Shown here one piece after another: positions 22,902-34,979 of a stretch of DNA of 64,000 bases. The translations under genes and the position numbers were made by a program. The DNA comes from Escherichia coli. Its GTDB lineage: Bacteria > Pseudomonadota > Gammaproteobacteria > Enterobacterales > Enterobacteriaceae. The stretch's first letter is position 1. The number at the start of each line of letters is the position of its first letter. Where the stretch lies: NCBI RefSeq assembly GCF_048403405.1, contig NZ_CP183129.1, one strand, 5' to 3'. The notes beneath the pieces are model-generated. The model ran no database searches and was not told where the DNA came from. It saw only the letters and a program-made list of their open reading frames with translations.

Positions 22902-23059
22902 AGGTTACTCCTTTTATCATTGCCCGTTATGGGTCGATATCCGGAGATTACGCGATGAGAACGGCAGTTGTTATTCTCCGCAATCCTAATCTCTAAGTTA
23001 CCGCATTTATTGAGAATTTCTCCTTTTTCCCTGTCGTTTTTCTCCATATTTTCTTCATA

Positions 23060-23770
23060 ATAAATATCCTCCGGCATAGCCGGAGGTTTTTCAAATGCGC
23101 CTATAAGGCTCTCTTACCAGCCGCGCCCTAACAGGCGCACACGATCTGACATTTGCATCCAACTTCGTTACTTACGGCCCGTAAACGGGCTGCCCGGATA
23201 GGGAATCGATAACTGCTCTCCCATTTTATCCTCTTCAAGCTGGTGCTTTATGTAATCCTGTATCTTCGCCGTGTTCTTACCCACCGTATCGACGTAGTAC
23301 CCTCTGCACCAGAACTCCCTGTTCCTGTATTTGAATTTCAAATCACCAAACTGCTCGTAAAGCATCAGACTGCTTTTCCCTTTCAGATATCCCATAAAGC
23401 CGGATACGCTCATTTTGGGCGGGATCTCCACAAGCATATGGATATGATCTGCACAGCATTCAGCTTCCAGAATCCGTACACTTTTCCACTCACACAGCTT
23501 TCTCAAAATACTGCCTATTGCTCTACGCTTCTCTCTGTAGAACACCTGTCTTCGGTATTTTGGCGCAAAAACTATGTGATATTTACAGTTCCATCGGGTG
23601 TGCGCTAAGCTCTTTTCGTTCCCCATTGGGACCCCCTTTTGATTTCTTGTTTGACACTTGCAGTTGCCAGACCGCAAGGTGTTTTAACAAATCAAAAGGG
23701 GTTTTAATAACTGGCTTAAAGCTGAAAGCTTTCCGGAACCCCCAGCCTAGCTGGGGGTTTTCTGTGCACA
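23060..23770 (-). mobile_element. IS200-like insertion sequence (IS200/IS605 family), ends approximate
   Basis: Single HUH/Y1 transposase gene preceded by long RBS-sequestering inverted repeat (23634-23702) and terminal palindrome cccccagc-cta-gctggggg; yaaX-thrC gap is ~710 bp longer than I recall for K-12. Confidence 0.65.
23168..23626 (-). CDS. tnpA: IS200-type transposase TnpA (Y1 HUH)
   Basis: 152-aa MGNEKSLAHTRWNCKYHIVFAPKYRR...HIHMLVEIPP... (HUH motif) within track ORF 23168..23677. Confidence 0.85.
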   Translation of the reverse strand: MGNEKSLAHTRWNCKYHIVFAPKYRRQVFYREKRRAIGSILRKLCEWKSVRILEAECCADHIHMLVEIPPKMSVSGFMGYLKGKSSLMLYEQFGDLKFKYRNREFWCRGYYVDTVGKNTAKIQDYIKHQLEEDKMGEQLSIPYPGSPFTGRK

Positions 23771-23771
23771 A

Positions 23772-23806
23772 CAAAAAAGCCGGGCTGCATAAAAGCAAAC
23801 CCGGCC
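23772..23806 (-). terminator. rho-independent terminator of the thr operon
   Basis: Minus strand: gccggg...cccggc stem followed by T6, ~25 bp after thrC stop. Confidence 0.7.
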
Positions 23807-23828
23807 TGATTGAGATAATGAATAGATG

Positions 23829-25115
23829 TTACTGATGATTCATCATCAATTTACGCAACGCAGCAAAATCGGCGGGCAGGTTATGCGAAAGCAAGGGTAA
23901 ATCAGCACGTTCTGCCAGCTCTTTTGGCAGATCCAACGTTTCACCGAGAATCGCTTCCACGCTCTCTTTAAATTTCGCCGGATGCGCGGTGCCGAGGAAC
24001 AAGCCATATTCGCCTGGATTCAACTGGTCACGCAGCGCACGATACGCTACGGCAGCGTGCGGCTCCGAGGTGTAGCCCAGTTCTTTTAACTCACGCATTG
24101 TCTGTTGCGTGGTTTCATCATCCACGGCTGCATAACCCAGCTCTTTCAGTTGCCAGATTTTGCGGCGGAACAACTCTTCCACACGCGGCCAGTTGTTCGG
24201 CTGACTCACGTCCATCGCGTTGGATAACGTCGCCTGAGTCGCTTTGGGTGACCACTGACCGTCATGCAGGAAACGTGGCACGGTATCGTTCACGTTGGTC
24301 GCAGCAATAAAACGTTTCACCGGCAGACCGAGTGACTTCGCCAGCAGACCCGCCGTCAAATCGCCGAAGTTACCGCTTGGTACCGAGACAACCAGCTGGT
24401 TGCGCGCCTCCTGCGGCAGCTGCGCAACAGCTTCAAAGTAGTAGCAAATCTGCGCCAGCAAACGGCTGATGTTAATCGAGTTAGCTGAGTTTAACCCCAG
24501 CGCCACTTTCAGTTCTTCATCATCAAACGCCTGCTTCACCAGCGCCTGACAGGCATCGAAATCGCCGTCGATGGCAACAGTTTCAATATTGCCGCCCAAT
24601 GTACAGAACAGTTTTTCTTGCAGTGGACTGATTTTGCCTCGTGGATAGAGGATAACCACTTTCACATTCGGCAAACCGTAGAAAGCATGAGCCACTGCCG
24701 CTCCGGTATCACCGGAGGTCGCGGTCAGAATGGTCACTGGCTTATCGCCCGCAATATGGGTCAGCATTTGTGCCATAAAGCGACCGCCGAAATCTTTAAA
24801 TGCCAGCGTTGGCCCGTGGAACAACTCCAGACAACCGACATCGCTTTCAACATTGGCGACCGGAGCCGGGAAGGCAAACGCCGCGCGTACGCGCTCTTCC
24901 AGGATTTCCTGCGGGATTTCATCACCAATAAACGCCGAGAGGATCTTCGCACTGCGGGTGACAAAATCCAGCTTCAGCATCTCATCAATTTCAGTCAGGC
25001 TGAATTCCGGCAGGTCGTGCGGGAAAAACAGCCCCTGATTTTTGCCCAACCCCTGGGTTACGGCTTGCGCAAAGCTGACCTGCTCATTGTGATCTTTCAG
25101 ATTGTAGAGTTTCAT
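23829..25115 (-). CDS. thrC: threonine synthase
   Basis: 428 aa MKLYNLKDHNEQVSFAQAVTQGL... Confidence 0.97.
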   Translation of the reverse strand: MKLYNLKDHNEQVSFAQAVTQGLGKNQGLFFPHDLPEFSLTEIDEMLKLDFVTRSAKILSAFIGDEIPQEILEERVRAAFAFPAPVANVESDVGCLELFHGPTLAFKDFGGRFMAQMLTHIAGDKPVTILTATSGDTGAAVAHAFYGLPNVKVVILYPRGKISPLQEKLFCTLGGNIETVAIDGDFDACQALVKQAFDDEELKVALGLNSANSINISRLLAQICYYFEAVAQLPQEARNQLVVSVPSGNFGDLTAGLLAKSLGLPVKRFIAATNVNDTVPRFLHDGQWSPKATQATLSNAMDVSQPNNWPRVEELFRRKIWQLKELGYAAVDDETTQQTMRELKELGYTSEPHAAVAYRALRDQLNPGEYGLFLGTAHPAKFKESVEAILGETLDLPKELAERADLPLLSHNLPADFAALRKLMMNHQ

Positions 25116-26048
25116 TTAGTTTTCCAGTACTCGTGCGCCCGCCGTATCCAGCCGGCAAATATGAACAAAACCTTCCTGATTTTGCAGGTAGTTCTTACCC
25201 AACCAGTCGGCAACGCGCTGGGCGGTATCCGGCTTGTCACACAGAGCGAACAAAGTCGGGCCGGAGCCAGAGATACCGCTCGCTACCGCGCCGATTTCCG
25301 CGACCGCCTGCCGCGCCTGCCGGAAGCCTGGCAGTAACCGTTCACGGTAGGGTTCAGCGATAACATCTTTCATCAGCTTCGCGGCAAGCTCAGGCTGACG
25401 GGAATAGCAGGCGTGAATAAAGCCTGCCAGATGTCGCCCGTGCGCAATGCAATCCTGGCGGCGATACTGCGCCGGTAAAATAGCCCTGGCTTCTGCCGTC
25501 GAGACTTTAATCCCCGGATACGCCAGCACCCACAGCCACTCATCAAACCCTGGCACTTGCTGGCTGATGATGTCGTTTTCTTCGATCATCAACTGCATAC
25601 CACCAAGAAAACACGGTGCCACGTTGTCGTAATGAATGCTGCCGGAGATACGACCTTCCAGCTCGCCCATCAAAGCCAGCAAACGGGTGTCATTAAGCGG
25701 CTTGCCGCAGTGTTCATTCATCGCCATCAGCGCCGCGACCACTGAGCAGGCGCTGGAGCCTAAGCCCGAGCCGATCGGCATATTCTTTTCCAGGGTCATC
25801 GCCACTGGAATTTGCTTACCCAGCTCCTGGCAAAAACGCTCCCAACACTGATAAACGATATTTTCCCGAGGTTCTGACGGCAGCTTATCGGCAAAGCGTC
25901 CGAGGTTATTGAGACTGAATGTCTCTGCCGCCTCAACCGTGACTACATCTCCGAGCAATGCACCATCAACGGGTGTCACCGCCGCCCCGAGCACATCAAA
26001 CCCGACGCTCATATTGGCACTGGAAGCCGGGGCATAAACTTTAACCAT
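25116..26048 (-). CDS. thrB: homoserine kinase
   Basis: 310 aa [24 protein letters not shown]... Confidence 0.97.
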
Positions 26049-26049
26049 G

Positions 26050-28512
26050 TCAGACTCCTAACTTCCATGAGAGGGTACGTAGCAGATCGGCAAAGACACC
26101 AGCAGCTGTAACGTCATTGCCCGCACCATATCCGCGCAGCACCAACGGCAGCGGCTGATAATAGTGGCTATAGAAGGCCAGGGCGTTTTCACCATTTTTC
26201 ACTTTGAACAGCGGATCATTACCATCCACTTCGGCAATCTTCACGCGGCAGACGCCATCTTCATCAATATTGCCAACATAGCGCAAAACTTTTCCTTCAT
26301 CACGGGCCTTCGCCACGCGCGCGGCAAAGAGATCGTCGAGCTGTGACAGATTCGCCATAAAAGCGGCAACATCACCCTCGGCGTTAAACTCTGCGGGCAG
26401 CACAGGTTCAATTTCAATATCCGCCAGCTCCAGTTCACGTCCCGTTTCACGAGCGAGAATCAATAGTTTACGCGCCACATCCATACCAGAAAGATCATCT
26501 CGCGGGTCCGGTTCGGTATAACTCATTTCCCGCGCCAGCGTGGTCGCCTCGGAGAAACTCATGCCTTCGTCTAACTTGCCGAAGATATAAGAAAGCGAAC
26601 CAGAAAGAATGCCGGAGAACTTCATCAATTCATCACCTGCATTGAGCAGATTTTGCAGGTTCTCAATAACCGGTAATCCAGCCCCAACGTTGGTGTCATA
26701 GAGGAATTTACGCCGCGATTTTTCCGCCGCATGACGCAACAGATGGTAGTAATCCATCGACGAGGTGTTAGCCTTTTTGTTCGGCGTAACAACGTGGAAA
26801 CCTTCGCGCAGGAAGTCGGCATATTGATCCGCCACTGCCTGGCTGGAGGTGCAGTCAACAATGACCGGGTTCAGCAGATGATATTCTTTCACGAGGCGAA
26901 TTAAGCGCCCGAGATTAAACGGCTCTTTGGCTTGCGCCAGTTCTTCCTGCCAGTTTTCCAGATTAAGGCCATGTACATTGGTGAGCAGAGCCTTCGAGTT
27001 GGCAACACCACAGACACGTAAGTCGATATGTTTATTCTTCAGCCAGCTTTGCTGACGCTTCAGTTGCTCCAGCAGCGCACCGCCAACGCCACCGACGCCA
27101 ATCACAAACACTTCGATAACCTGATCGGTATTGAACAGCATCTGATGAGTAACGCGCACGCCAGTGGTCGCATCATCGTTATTTACCACGACAGAGATTG
27201 AGCGTTCAGAAGATCCCTGAGCAATGGCGACAATGTTGATATTGGCGCGGGCCAGCGCGGCAAAGAATTTCGCCGAGATCCCACGCAAGGTGCGCATACC
27301 ATCACCTACCACCGAGATAATGGCCAGCCGTTCCGTCACCGCCAGCGGCTCCAGTAAGCCTTCTTTCAGTTCCAGGTAGAACTCTTCCTGCATTGCCCGT
27401 TCAGCTCGCACACAGTCGCTTTGTGGAACGCAGAAACTGATACTGTATTCGGAAGATGATTGCGTAATCAGCACCACGGAAATACGGGCGCGTGACATCG
27501 CTGCAAAGACGCGCGCCGCCATGCCAACCATTCCTTTCATCCCCGGGCCGGAAACGCTGAACATTGCCATGTTATTCAGATTGGAAATGCCCTTGACCGG
27601 TAATTCGTCTTCATCACGGCTGGCACCAATGAGCGTACCTGGTGCTTGAGGATTTCCGGTATTTTTAATCAGGCAAGGGATCTGGAACTGGGCGATGGGG
27701 GTAATGGTGCGGGGGTGAAGAACTTTAGCGCCGAAGTAGGAAAGCTCCATCGCTTCCTGGTAGGACATCGACTTCAACAACCTCGCATCGGGCACCTGAC
27801 GCGGGTCGCAGGTATAGACCCCGTCAACGTCCGTCCAAATCTCGCAACAATCGGCGCGTAAACAGGCAGCCAGCACCGCAGCAGAGTAGTCGGAACCGTT
27901 ACGTCCAAGCACCACCAGTTCGCCTTTTTCATTACCGGCGGTGAAACCTGCCATCAACACCATGTGATCAGCCGGAATGCGGCTTGCCGCAATACGGCGG
28001 GTGGACTCAGCAATATCGACGGTAGATTCGAGGTAATGCCCCACTGCCAGCAGTTTTTCGACCGGATCGATAACGGTAACGTTGTGACCGCGAGCTTCTA
28101 ATACGCCGGCCATAATGGCGATCGACATTTTCTCGCCACGGCAAATCAGCGCAGCGTTGATGCTATCCGGGCACTGCCCCAACAAACTAATGCCATGCAG
28201 GACATGTTTTATTTGGGCAAATTCCTGGTCGACGAAAGTTTTCAGTTGCGCCAGCGGGAATCCCGGCTGGGCGGCGGCGAGTCCCGTCAGAAGTTCGGCA
28301 AAAATACGTTCGGCATCGCTGATATTGGGTAAAGCATCCTGGCCGCTAATGGTTTTTTCAATCATCGCCACCAGGTGGTTGGTGATTTTGGCGGGGGCAG
28401 AGAGGACGGTGGCCACCTGCCCCTGCCTGGCATTGCTTTCCAGAATATCGGCAACACGCAGAAAACGTTCTGCATTTGCCACTGATGTACCGCCGAACTT
28501 CAACACTCGCAT
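26050..28512 (-). CDS. thrA: bifunctional aspartokinase I / homoserine dehydrogenase I
   Basis: Track ORF 26050..28554; ThrA N-terminus [17 protein letters not shown] starts 14 codons in (820 aa). Confidence 0.97.
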
Positions 28513-28537
28513 GGTTGTTACCTCGTTACCTTTGGTC

Positions 28538-28570
28538 GAAAAAAAAGCCCGCACTGTCAGGTGCGGGCTT
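28538..28570 (-). promoter_or_regulatory. thr attenuator terminator
   Basis: Minus strand agcccgcacctgacagtgcgggct hairpin followed by T8, between thrL stop and thrA start. Confidence 0.85.
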
Positions 28571-28592
28571 TTTTCTGTGTTTCCTGTACGCG

Positions 28593-28661
<69 letters not shown>

Positions 28662-28871
28662 TGTTGTGTACTCTGTAATTTTTATCTGTCTGTGCGCTAT
28701 GCCTATATTGGTTAAAGTATTTAGTGACCTAAGTCAATAAAATTTTAATTTACTCACGGCAGGTAACCAGTTCAGAAGCTGCTATCAGACACTCTTTTTT
28801 TAATCCACACAGAGACATATTGCCCGTTGCAGTCAGAATGAAAAGCTGAAAAATACTTACTAAGGCGTTTT

Positions 28872-29558
28872 TTATTTGGTGATATTTTTTTCAATATCAT
28901 GCAGCAAACGGTGCAACATTGCCGTGTCTCGTTGCTCTAAAAGCCCCAGGCGTTGTTGTAACCAGTCGACCAGTTTTATGTCATCTGCCACTGCCAGAGT
29001 CGTCAGCAGTGCCATGGCTCGTTCGCGTAAAGCTTGCAGTTGATGTTTGTCTGCCGTTGTGTCACTTTTCGCCGGTTGTTGTATTAATGTTGCTAATTGA
29101 TAGCAATAGACCATCACCGCCTGCCCCAGATTGAGCGAAGGATAATCCGCCACCATCGGCACACCAGTAAGAACGTCAGCCAACGCTAACTCTTCGTTAG
29201 TCAACCCGGAATCTTCGCGACCAAACACCAGCGCGGCATGGCTCATCCATGAAGATTTTTCCTCTAACAGCGGCACCAGTTCTACTGGCGTAGCGTAGTA
29301 ATGATATTTCGCCCGACTGCGCGCAGTGGTGGCGACAGTGAAATCGACATCGTGTAACGATTCAGCCAGTGTCGGGAAAACTTTAATATTATCAATAATA
29401 TCACCAGATCCATGTGCGACCCAGCGGGTGGCTGGCTCCAGGTGCGCCTGACTATCGACAATCCGCAGTTCGCTAAACCCCATCGTTTTCATTGCCCGCG
29501 CCGCTGCCCCAATATTTTCTGCTCTGGCGGGTGCGACCAGAATAATCGTTATACGCAT
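28872..29558 (-). CDS. lasT: SpoU-family tRNA/rRNA methyltransferase
   Basis: Track ORF 28872..29579; MRITIILVAPARAENIGAAARAMKTMGF... starts 7 codons in. Confidence 0.8.
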   Translation of the reverse strand: MRITIILVAPARAENIGAAARAMKTMGFSELRIVDSQAHLEPATRWVAHGSGDIIDNIKVFPTLAESLHDVDFTVATTARSRAKYHYYATPVELVPLLEEKSSWMSHAALVFGREDSGLTNEELALADVLTGVPMVADYPSLNLGQAVMVYCYQLATLIQQPAKSDTTADKHQLQALRERAMALLTTLAVADDIKLVDWLQQRLGLLEQRDTAMLHRLLHDIEKNITK

Positions 29559-30193
29559 ATTGCCACTCTTCTTGATCAAATAACCGCGAACCGAGTGATC
29601 ACTGTCAACTTATTACGCGGTGCGAATTTACAAACTCTTAACGTAAGTCGCAGAAAAAGCCCTTTACTTAGCTTAAAAAAGGCTAAACTATTTCCTGACT
29701 GTACTAACGGTTGAATTGTTAAAAAATGCTACATATCCTTCTGTTTACTTAGGATAATTTTATAAAAAATAAATCTCGACAATTGGATTCACCACGTTTA
29801 TTAGTTGTATGATGCAACTAGTTGGATTATTAAAATAATGTGACGAAAGCTAGCATTTAGATACGATGATTTCATCAAACTGTTAACGTGCTACAATTGA
29901 ACTTGATATATGTCAACGAAGCGTAGTTTTATTGGGTGTCCGGCCCCTCTTAGCCTGTTATGTTGCTGTTAAAATGGTTAGGATGACAGCCGTTTTTGAC
30001 ACTGTCGGGTCCTGAGGGAAAGTACCCACGACCAAGCTAATGATGTTGTTGACGTTGATGGAAAGTGCATCAAGAACGCAATTACGTACTTTAGTCATGT
30101 TACGCCGATCATGTTAATTTGCAGCATGCATCAGGCAGGTCAGGGACTTTTGTACTTCCTGTTTCGATTTAGTTGGCAATTTAGGTAGCAAAC

Positions 30194-30910
30194 ATGCAGA
30201 CCCCGCACATTCTTATCGTTGAAGACGAGTTGGTAACACGCAACACGTTGAAAAGTATTTTCGAAGCGGAAGGCTATGATGTTTTCGAAGCGACAGATGG
30301 CGCGGAAATGCATCAGATCCTCTCTGAATATGACATCAACCTGGTGATCATGGATATCAATCTGCCGGGTAAGAACGGTCTTCTGTTAGCGCGTGAACTG
30401 CGCGAGCAGGCGAATGTTGCGTTGATGTTCCTGACTGGCCGTGACAACGAAGTCGATAAAATTCTCGGCCTCGAAATCGGTGCAGATGACTACATCACCA
30501 AACCGTTCAACCCGCGTGAACTGACTATTCGTGCACGCAACCTGCTGTCCCGTACCATGAATCTGGGTACTGTCAGCGAAGAACGTCGTAGCGTTGAAAG
30601 CTACAAGTTCAATGGTTGGGAACTGGACATCAACAGCCGTTCGTTGATCGGCCCTGATGGCGAGCAGTACAAGCTGCCGCGCAGCGAGTTCCGCGCCATG
30701 CTTCACTTCTGTGAAAACCCAGGCAAAATTCAGTCCCGTGCTGAACTGCTGAAGAAAATGACCGGCCGTGAGCTGAAACCGCACGACCGTACTGTAGACG
30801 TGACGATCCGCCGTATTCGTAAACATTTCGAATCTACGCCGGATACGCCGGAAATCATCGCCACCATTCACGGTGAAGGTTATCGCTTCTGCGGTGATCT
30901 GGAAGATTAA
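30194..30910 (+). CDS. arcA: aerobic respiration control response regulator ArcA
   Basis: 238 aa [36 protein letters not shown]... Confidence 0.97.
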
Positions 30911-30969
30911 TCGGCTTTACCACCGTCAAAAAAAACGGCGCTTTTTAGCGCCGTTTTTATTTTTCAACC

Positions 30970-32322
30970 TTATTTCCAGATACGTAATTCATCGTCCGTT
31001 GTAACTTCTTTACTGGCTTTCATTTTCGGCAGTGAAAACGCATACCAGTCGATATTACGGGTCACAAACATCATGCCGGCCAGCGCCACCACCAGCACAC
31101 TGGTTCCCAACAACAGCGCGCTATCGGCAGAGTTGAGCAGTCCCCACATCACACCATCCAGCAACAACAGCGCGAGGGTAAACAACATGCTATTGCGCCA
31201 GCCTTTCAATACCGCCTGCAAATAAATACCGTTCATTAACGCCCCAATCAGACTGGCTATTATCCATGCCACGGTAAAACCGATATGTTCAGAAAGCGCC
31301 AGCAAGAGCAAATAAAACATCACCAATGAAAGCCCCACCAGCAAATATTGCATTGGGTGTAAACGTTGCGCGGTGAGCGTTTCAAAAACAAAGAACGCCA
31401 TAAAAGTCAGTGCAATCAGCAGAATGGCGTACTTAGTCGCCCGGTCCGTTAATTGGTATTGATCGGCTGGCGTCGTCACTGCGACGCTAAACGCGGGGAA
31501 GTTTTCCCAGCCGGTATCATTGCCTGAAGCAAAACGCTCACCGAGATTATTAGCAAACCAGCTGCTTTGCCATTGCGCCTGAAAACCTGACTCGCTAACT
31601 TCCCGTTTGGCTGGTAGAAAATCACCTAAAAAACTGGGATGCGGCCAGTTGCTGGTTAAGGTCATTTCGCTATTACGCCCGGCAGGCACCACAGAAAGAT
31701 CGCCGGTACCGCTTAAATTCAGTGCCATATTCAGCTTCAGGTTCTGCTTGCGCCAGTCCCCTTCGGGTAAAGGGATATGCACGCCCTGCCCGCCTTGCTC
31801 TAAGCCGGTGCCAGGTTCAATGGTCAGCGCCGTTCCGTTAACTTCAGGCGCTTTCACCACACCAATACCACGCGCATCCCCGACGCTAATCACAATAAAT
31901 GGCTTGCCTAAGGTGATATTTGGCGCGTTGAGTTCGCTAAGACGCGAAACATCGAAATCGGCTTTTAGCGTTAAATCACTGTGCCAGACCTGACCGGTAT
32001 AAATCCCTATCTTGCGTTCTTCCACGTTCTGATTGCCATCAACCATCAATGACTCAGGTAACCAAAAATGGATAAAACTTCGTTTCCGCTCCACGGTTTT
32101 ATCCTCTTCCTGCACCGTATAAAGCTCGGTCACAGGAATAGCGATGAGCGGCCCAACGAGTTTTTGCGGCCCGCTGGTACTTTGGCGAATCGCATCTTCC
32201 ACATCGCTACGGTAATCAGCACGTTCGACAATCACCTGCCGAATCAGCATTATCGGAATCAACAACAGCAATACTGCACCAAACAGGGTGGTCATTTTCC
32301 AGAACAGGGGGGATTTCAACAT
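30970..32322 (-). CDS. creD: inner membrane protein CreD
   Basis: 450-aa membrane protein downstream of creC. Confidence 0.9.
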   Translation of the reverse strand: MLKSPLFWKMTTLFGAVLLLLIPIMLIRQVIVERADYRSDVEDAIRQSTSGPQKLVGPLIAIPVTELYTVQEEDKTVERKRSFIHFWLPESLMVDGNQNVEERKIGIYTGQVWHSDLTLKADFDVSRLSELNAPNITLGKPFIVISVGDARGIGVVKAPEVNGTALTIEPGTGLEQGGQGVHIPLPEGDWRKQNLKLNMALNLSGTGDLSVVPAGRNSEMTLTSNWPHPSFLGDFLPAKREVSESGFQAQWQSSWFANNLGERFASGNDTGWENFPAFSVAVTTPADQYQLTDRATKYAILLIALTFMAFFVFETLTAQRLHPMQYLLVGLSLVMFYLLLLALSEHIGFTVAWIIASLIGALMNGIYLQAVLKGWRNSMLFTLALLLLDGVMWGLLNSADSALLLGTSVLVVALAGMMFVTRNIDWYAFSLPKMKASKEVTTDDELRIWK

Positions 32323-32379
32323 AGTCTTCTCCTTTGCAATGGCAGCAGGATACGAAGGCTATGTGGGAAGAATTTGAAG

Positions 32380-33804
32380 CTATGTGAAGTGACGGTGAAG
32401 TCGAAGCGAAGCCAGCACGCCACCTTCCTGCACGTTGCGCAGCGTGACTTCGCCGTTAAACAAACGGGCGACCTCACTGACGAACGCCAACCCCAGACCG
32501 CTGCTTTTTTGACCATTTGCACGAGGCAAAGAGTAAAAGCGTTCAAAAATACGTGAAAGCGCGTAGTCAGGAATACCACTACCGGTATCCAGCACCTTAA
32601 GCGTGACGTGTTCCTGATCCACTTCGGCGCTTAGCGTGATGCAACCGCTCTCGGGGGTAAAATCGATGGCGTTATCCAGTAAATTTCCCAGCGCCTGCTC
32701 CAGTAACGCCGGTTCAGCAGCAACGTTAACCTCGGTGGGCGTAACATGCAGAGTGATTTTTTTTTCTGCCAACTGCACGGTGCGCGCTTCGCTGACGCGG
32801 CGGAATAATGCCGCCACATCAACAGCAGTCAGAACGACTTCCTGACGATTCTCCAGTCTTGCCTGGCGTAGTAACGTTTCTACCAATGCCTGCATACGCG
32901 CATTTTGCGTCAGAATGTTGTCAGTAAAACGAGCCACCACTTCCGGCGGCGGACCTTCGCGTAAAATTTCCGCCGCTCCACGAATCGCCGCCAGTGGGCT
33001 TTTTAGCTCATGAGTTAATGCGTAAACATACTGCTCAATATAGTTTTTCCCTTCCAGCTTCACGCGCATACTTTCCAGCGCCTGCGCGAGTTTACGCAGC
33101 TCGCTACTACCGAGATCGGGAAGAGGAACGGGCTTATTGTCAGTGACGGAATCAGCATAGCGAGTGAGCCGGGCAATGGAGCGGTTGATCCACCAAACCA
33201 TGCCTGCGCCAATCACCAGTGCAATCCCCAACAAAATGGCGCTGGCCCATAAAATTCGCCGCTCGCTGCGTTTAATGACCGGAGCCATCGCCGCGTTCGG
33301 TTTGCCTACGCTCAAAACGCCAATAAGCCGCGAGCCGTCCATAATCGGCGCGGCAACATACATCACCGAACTTTCGGGATCGGCAGGATTTTGCAACGTG
33401 CTGCGCGCACCATACTGACCACGCAACGTTAGCCAGACGTCATTCCAGCGCGAATAATCCTGTCCAACGGCTTTATTTGCCGAATCGAACAATACTTTGC
33501 CCTGCGCATCGGTCATATAGACATGATATTCATTGCGCACTTTGTTAATGCCACCGATATTGGCGCGAAACGGGCGATGCTGTAGCTGATTAAACGCCTG
33601 CGCCAGTTGCCCATGCGTTGGGTCCCCAGAGAGCAAATCGGGACGCGCCAGCTCCGCCAGCAACGTTGCGGTGTCGATCAACGTCCCCTCCGTTGCTCTT
33701 CGCACGCCCGGTTTAACTTCTTTGACAAAAATAGCCAGTACGAACCAGGCCGCCACCGCCACCAGTAAAAAATAGCCCAGCAGCAACCGCATGCCGATAC
33801 GCAT
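32380..33804 (-). CDS. creC: sensor histidine kinase CreC
   Basis: 474 aa with TM segments, HAMP and HisKA/HATPase regions (H-box LTHELKSPLAAIRGAAEIL). Confidence 0.9.
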   Translation of the reverse strand: MRIGMRLLLGYFLLVAVAAWFVLAIFVKEVKPGVRRATEGTLIDTATLLAELARPDLLSGDPTHGQLAQAFNQLQHRPFRANIGGINKVRNEYHVYMTDAQGKVLFDSANKAVGQDYSRWNDVWLTLRGQYGARSTLQNPADPESSVMYVAAPIMDGSRLIGVLSVGKPNAAMAPVIKRSERRILWASAILLGIALVIGAGMVWWINRSIARLTRYADSVTDNKPVPLPDLGSSELRKLAQALESMRVKLEGKNYIEQYVYALTHELKSPLAAIRGAAEILREGPPPEVVARFTDNILTQNARMQALVETLLRQARLENRQEVVLTAVDVAALFRRVSEARTVQLAEKKITLHVTPTEVNVAAEPALLEQALGNLLDNAIDFTPESGCITLSAEVDQEHVTLKVLDTGSGIPDYALSRIFERFYSLPRANGQKSSGLGLAFVSEVARLFNGEVTLRNVQEGGVLASLRLHRHFT

Positions 33805-34493
33805 TACAGGCCCCTCAGGCTATATCCCATGCTGCGATGAGTATTAATCGGTGAAAGATCGGGGTTGATGGCGCGCAGCTTGGCACGCAGCGTTTTAATG
33901 TGGGTATCGACGGTGCGATCGTAGGTGTCCTGCGCATCTTCCCACACGCTATCCATCAGTTGCTGGCGGGACCAGACGCGGCCCGGTGACTTGAGTAACG
34001 TCTTCAGCAATAAAAACTCATACCGCGTCAGCGCTAATGGCGTGTCAAACCAGCAGATCTGCGCCGCGGGTTCATTCAATTCAAAATGTCCAATACGGAT
34101 GACGGGAGACGGCGTCGAGAACTTCTTCACCCGACGCAGTAAGGTGCGCACCCTGGCGCACACTTCGCGGGGTGAAAACGGTTTAGCCACATAGTCGTCA
34201 GCGCCAATTTCCAGCCCAAGCAGGCGATCGACCTCTTCACTTCGGGCCGTCAGGAACAGTACAGGTAACGCCGGATGGAGCGCCAGTAACTGGCGGCACA
34301 ATTCAAAGCCGCTAATATCCGGCAGACCAACATCGAGAATCATGACGTCGGGTACCTGCTGGCGAGCTTTATCCAGCACCGGCAAGCCTCGCTCAAAGAC
34401 CTCGACGGCAAAACCTTCCTGCTGCAACATGTAGACCAGCGTGTCGGCTATCCCTTGCTCATCTTCCACTAACCAGACCGTTTCCCGTTGCAT
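33804..34493 (-). CDS. creB: response regulator CreB
   Basis: 229-aa OmpR-family regulator; stop overlaps creC start. Confidence 0.9.
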   Translation of the reverse strand: MQRETVWLVEDEQGIADTLVYMLQQEGFAVEVFERGLPVLDKARQQVPDVMILDVGLPDISGFELCRQLLALHPALPVLFLTARSEEVDRLLGLEIGADDYVAKPFSPREVCARVRTLLRRVKKFSTPSPVIRIGHFELNEPAAQICWFDTPLALTRYEFLLLKTLLKSPGRVWSRQQLMDSVWEDAQDTYDRTVDTHIKTLRAKLRAINPDLSPINTHRSMGYSLRGL

Positions 34494-34505
34494 AAATCGC
34501 CTCTG

Positions 34506-34979
34506 TTATTGCCGCCACGGCATGACAGGAACCGCGCTAATCGCGTTTTTCGGCGAACCTTCTACAACTTTGTCGGAGTAAGCCAGATAAGCGAGCGCGT
34601 TGCGTTTGGCATCATAAAAGCGCACGACCTGTAACGACTTAAAGACCAGGGACGTGCGTTTTTTGAATACTACCTCGCCCTGAGCTTTGCCGTTTTTAAT
34701 ACGATCCGACAGTTCAATCGGCCCGACTTGCTGACAAGAAATGGCCGCATCGGAGGTATCTTCTGCCAGGCCCAATCCCCCTTTAATACCACCGGTTTTC
34801 GCCCGGCTCACATAACAGGTGACATTTTTCACATCGGGATCGTCAAAGGCTTCCACAACAATTTTGTGATCCGGGCCGATCATTTTAAATACGGTGTCGA
34901 CCGAACCAATCTCTTCTGCATGAGCCAATGGCCCCAGCATTATCAGGCTTAAAGACAGGATCAAATGCTTGTATTTCAT
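34506..34979 (-). CDS. creA: periplasmic protein CreA
   Basis: 157 aa with signal peptide, first gene of creABCD. Confidence 0.85.

Noticed and set aside
24618-25337. 239-aa plus-strand ORF and smaller ORFs across thrC/thrB
   Set aside because: Antisense to thrC and thrB; no independent support.
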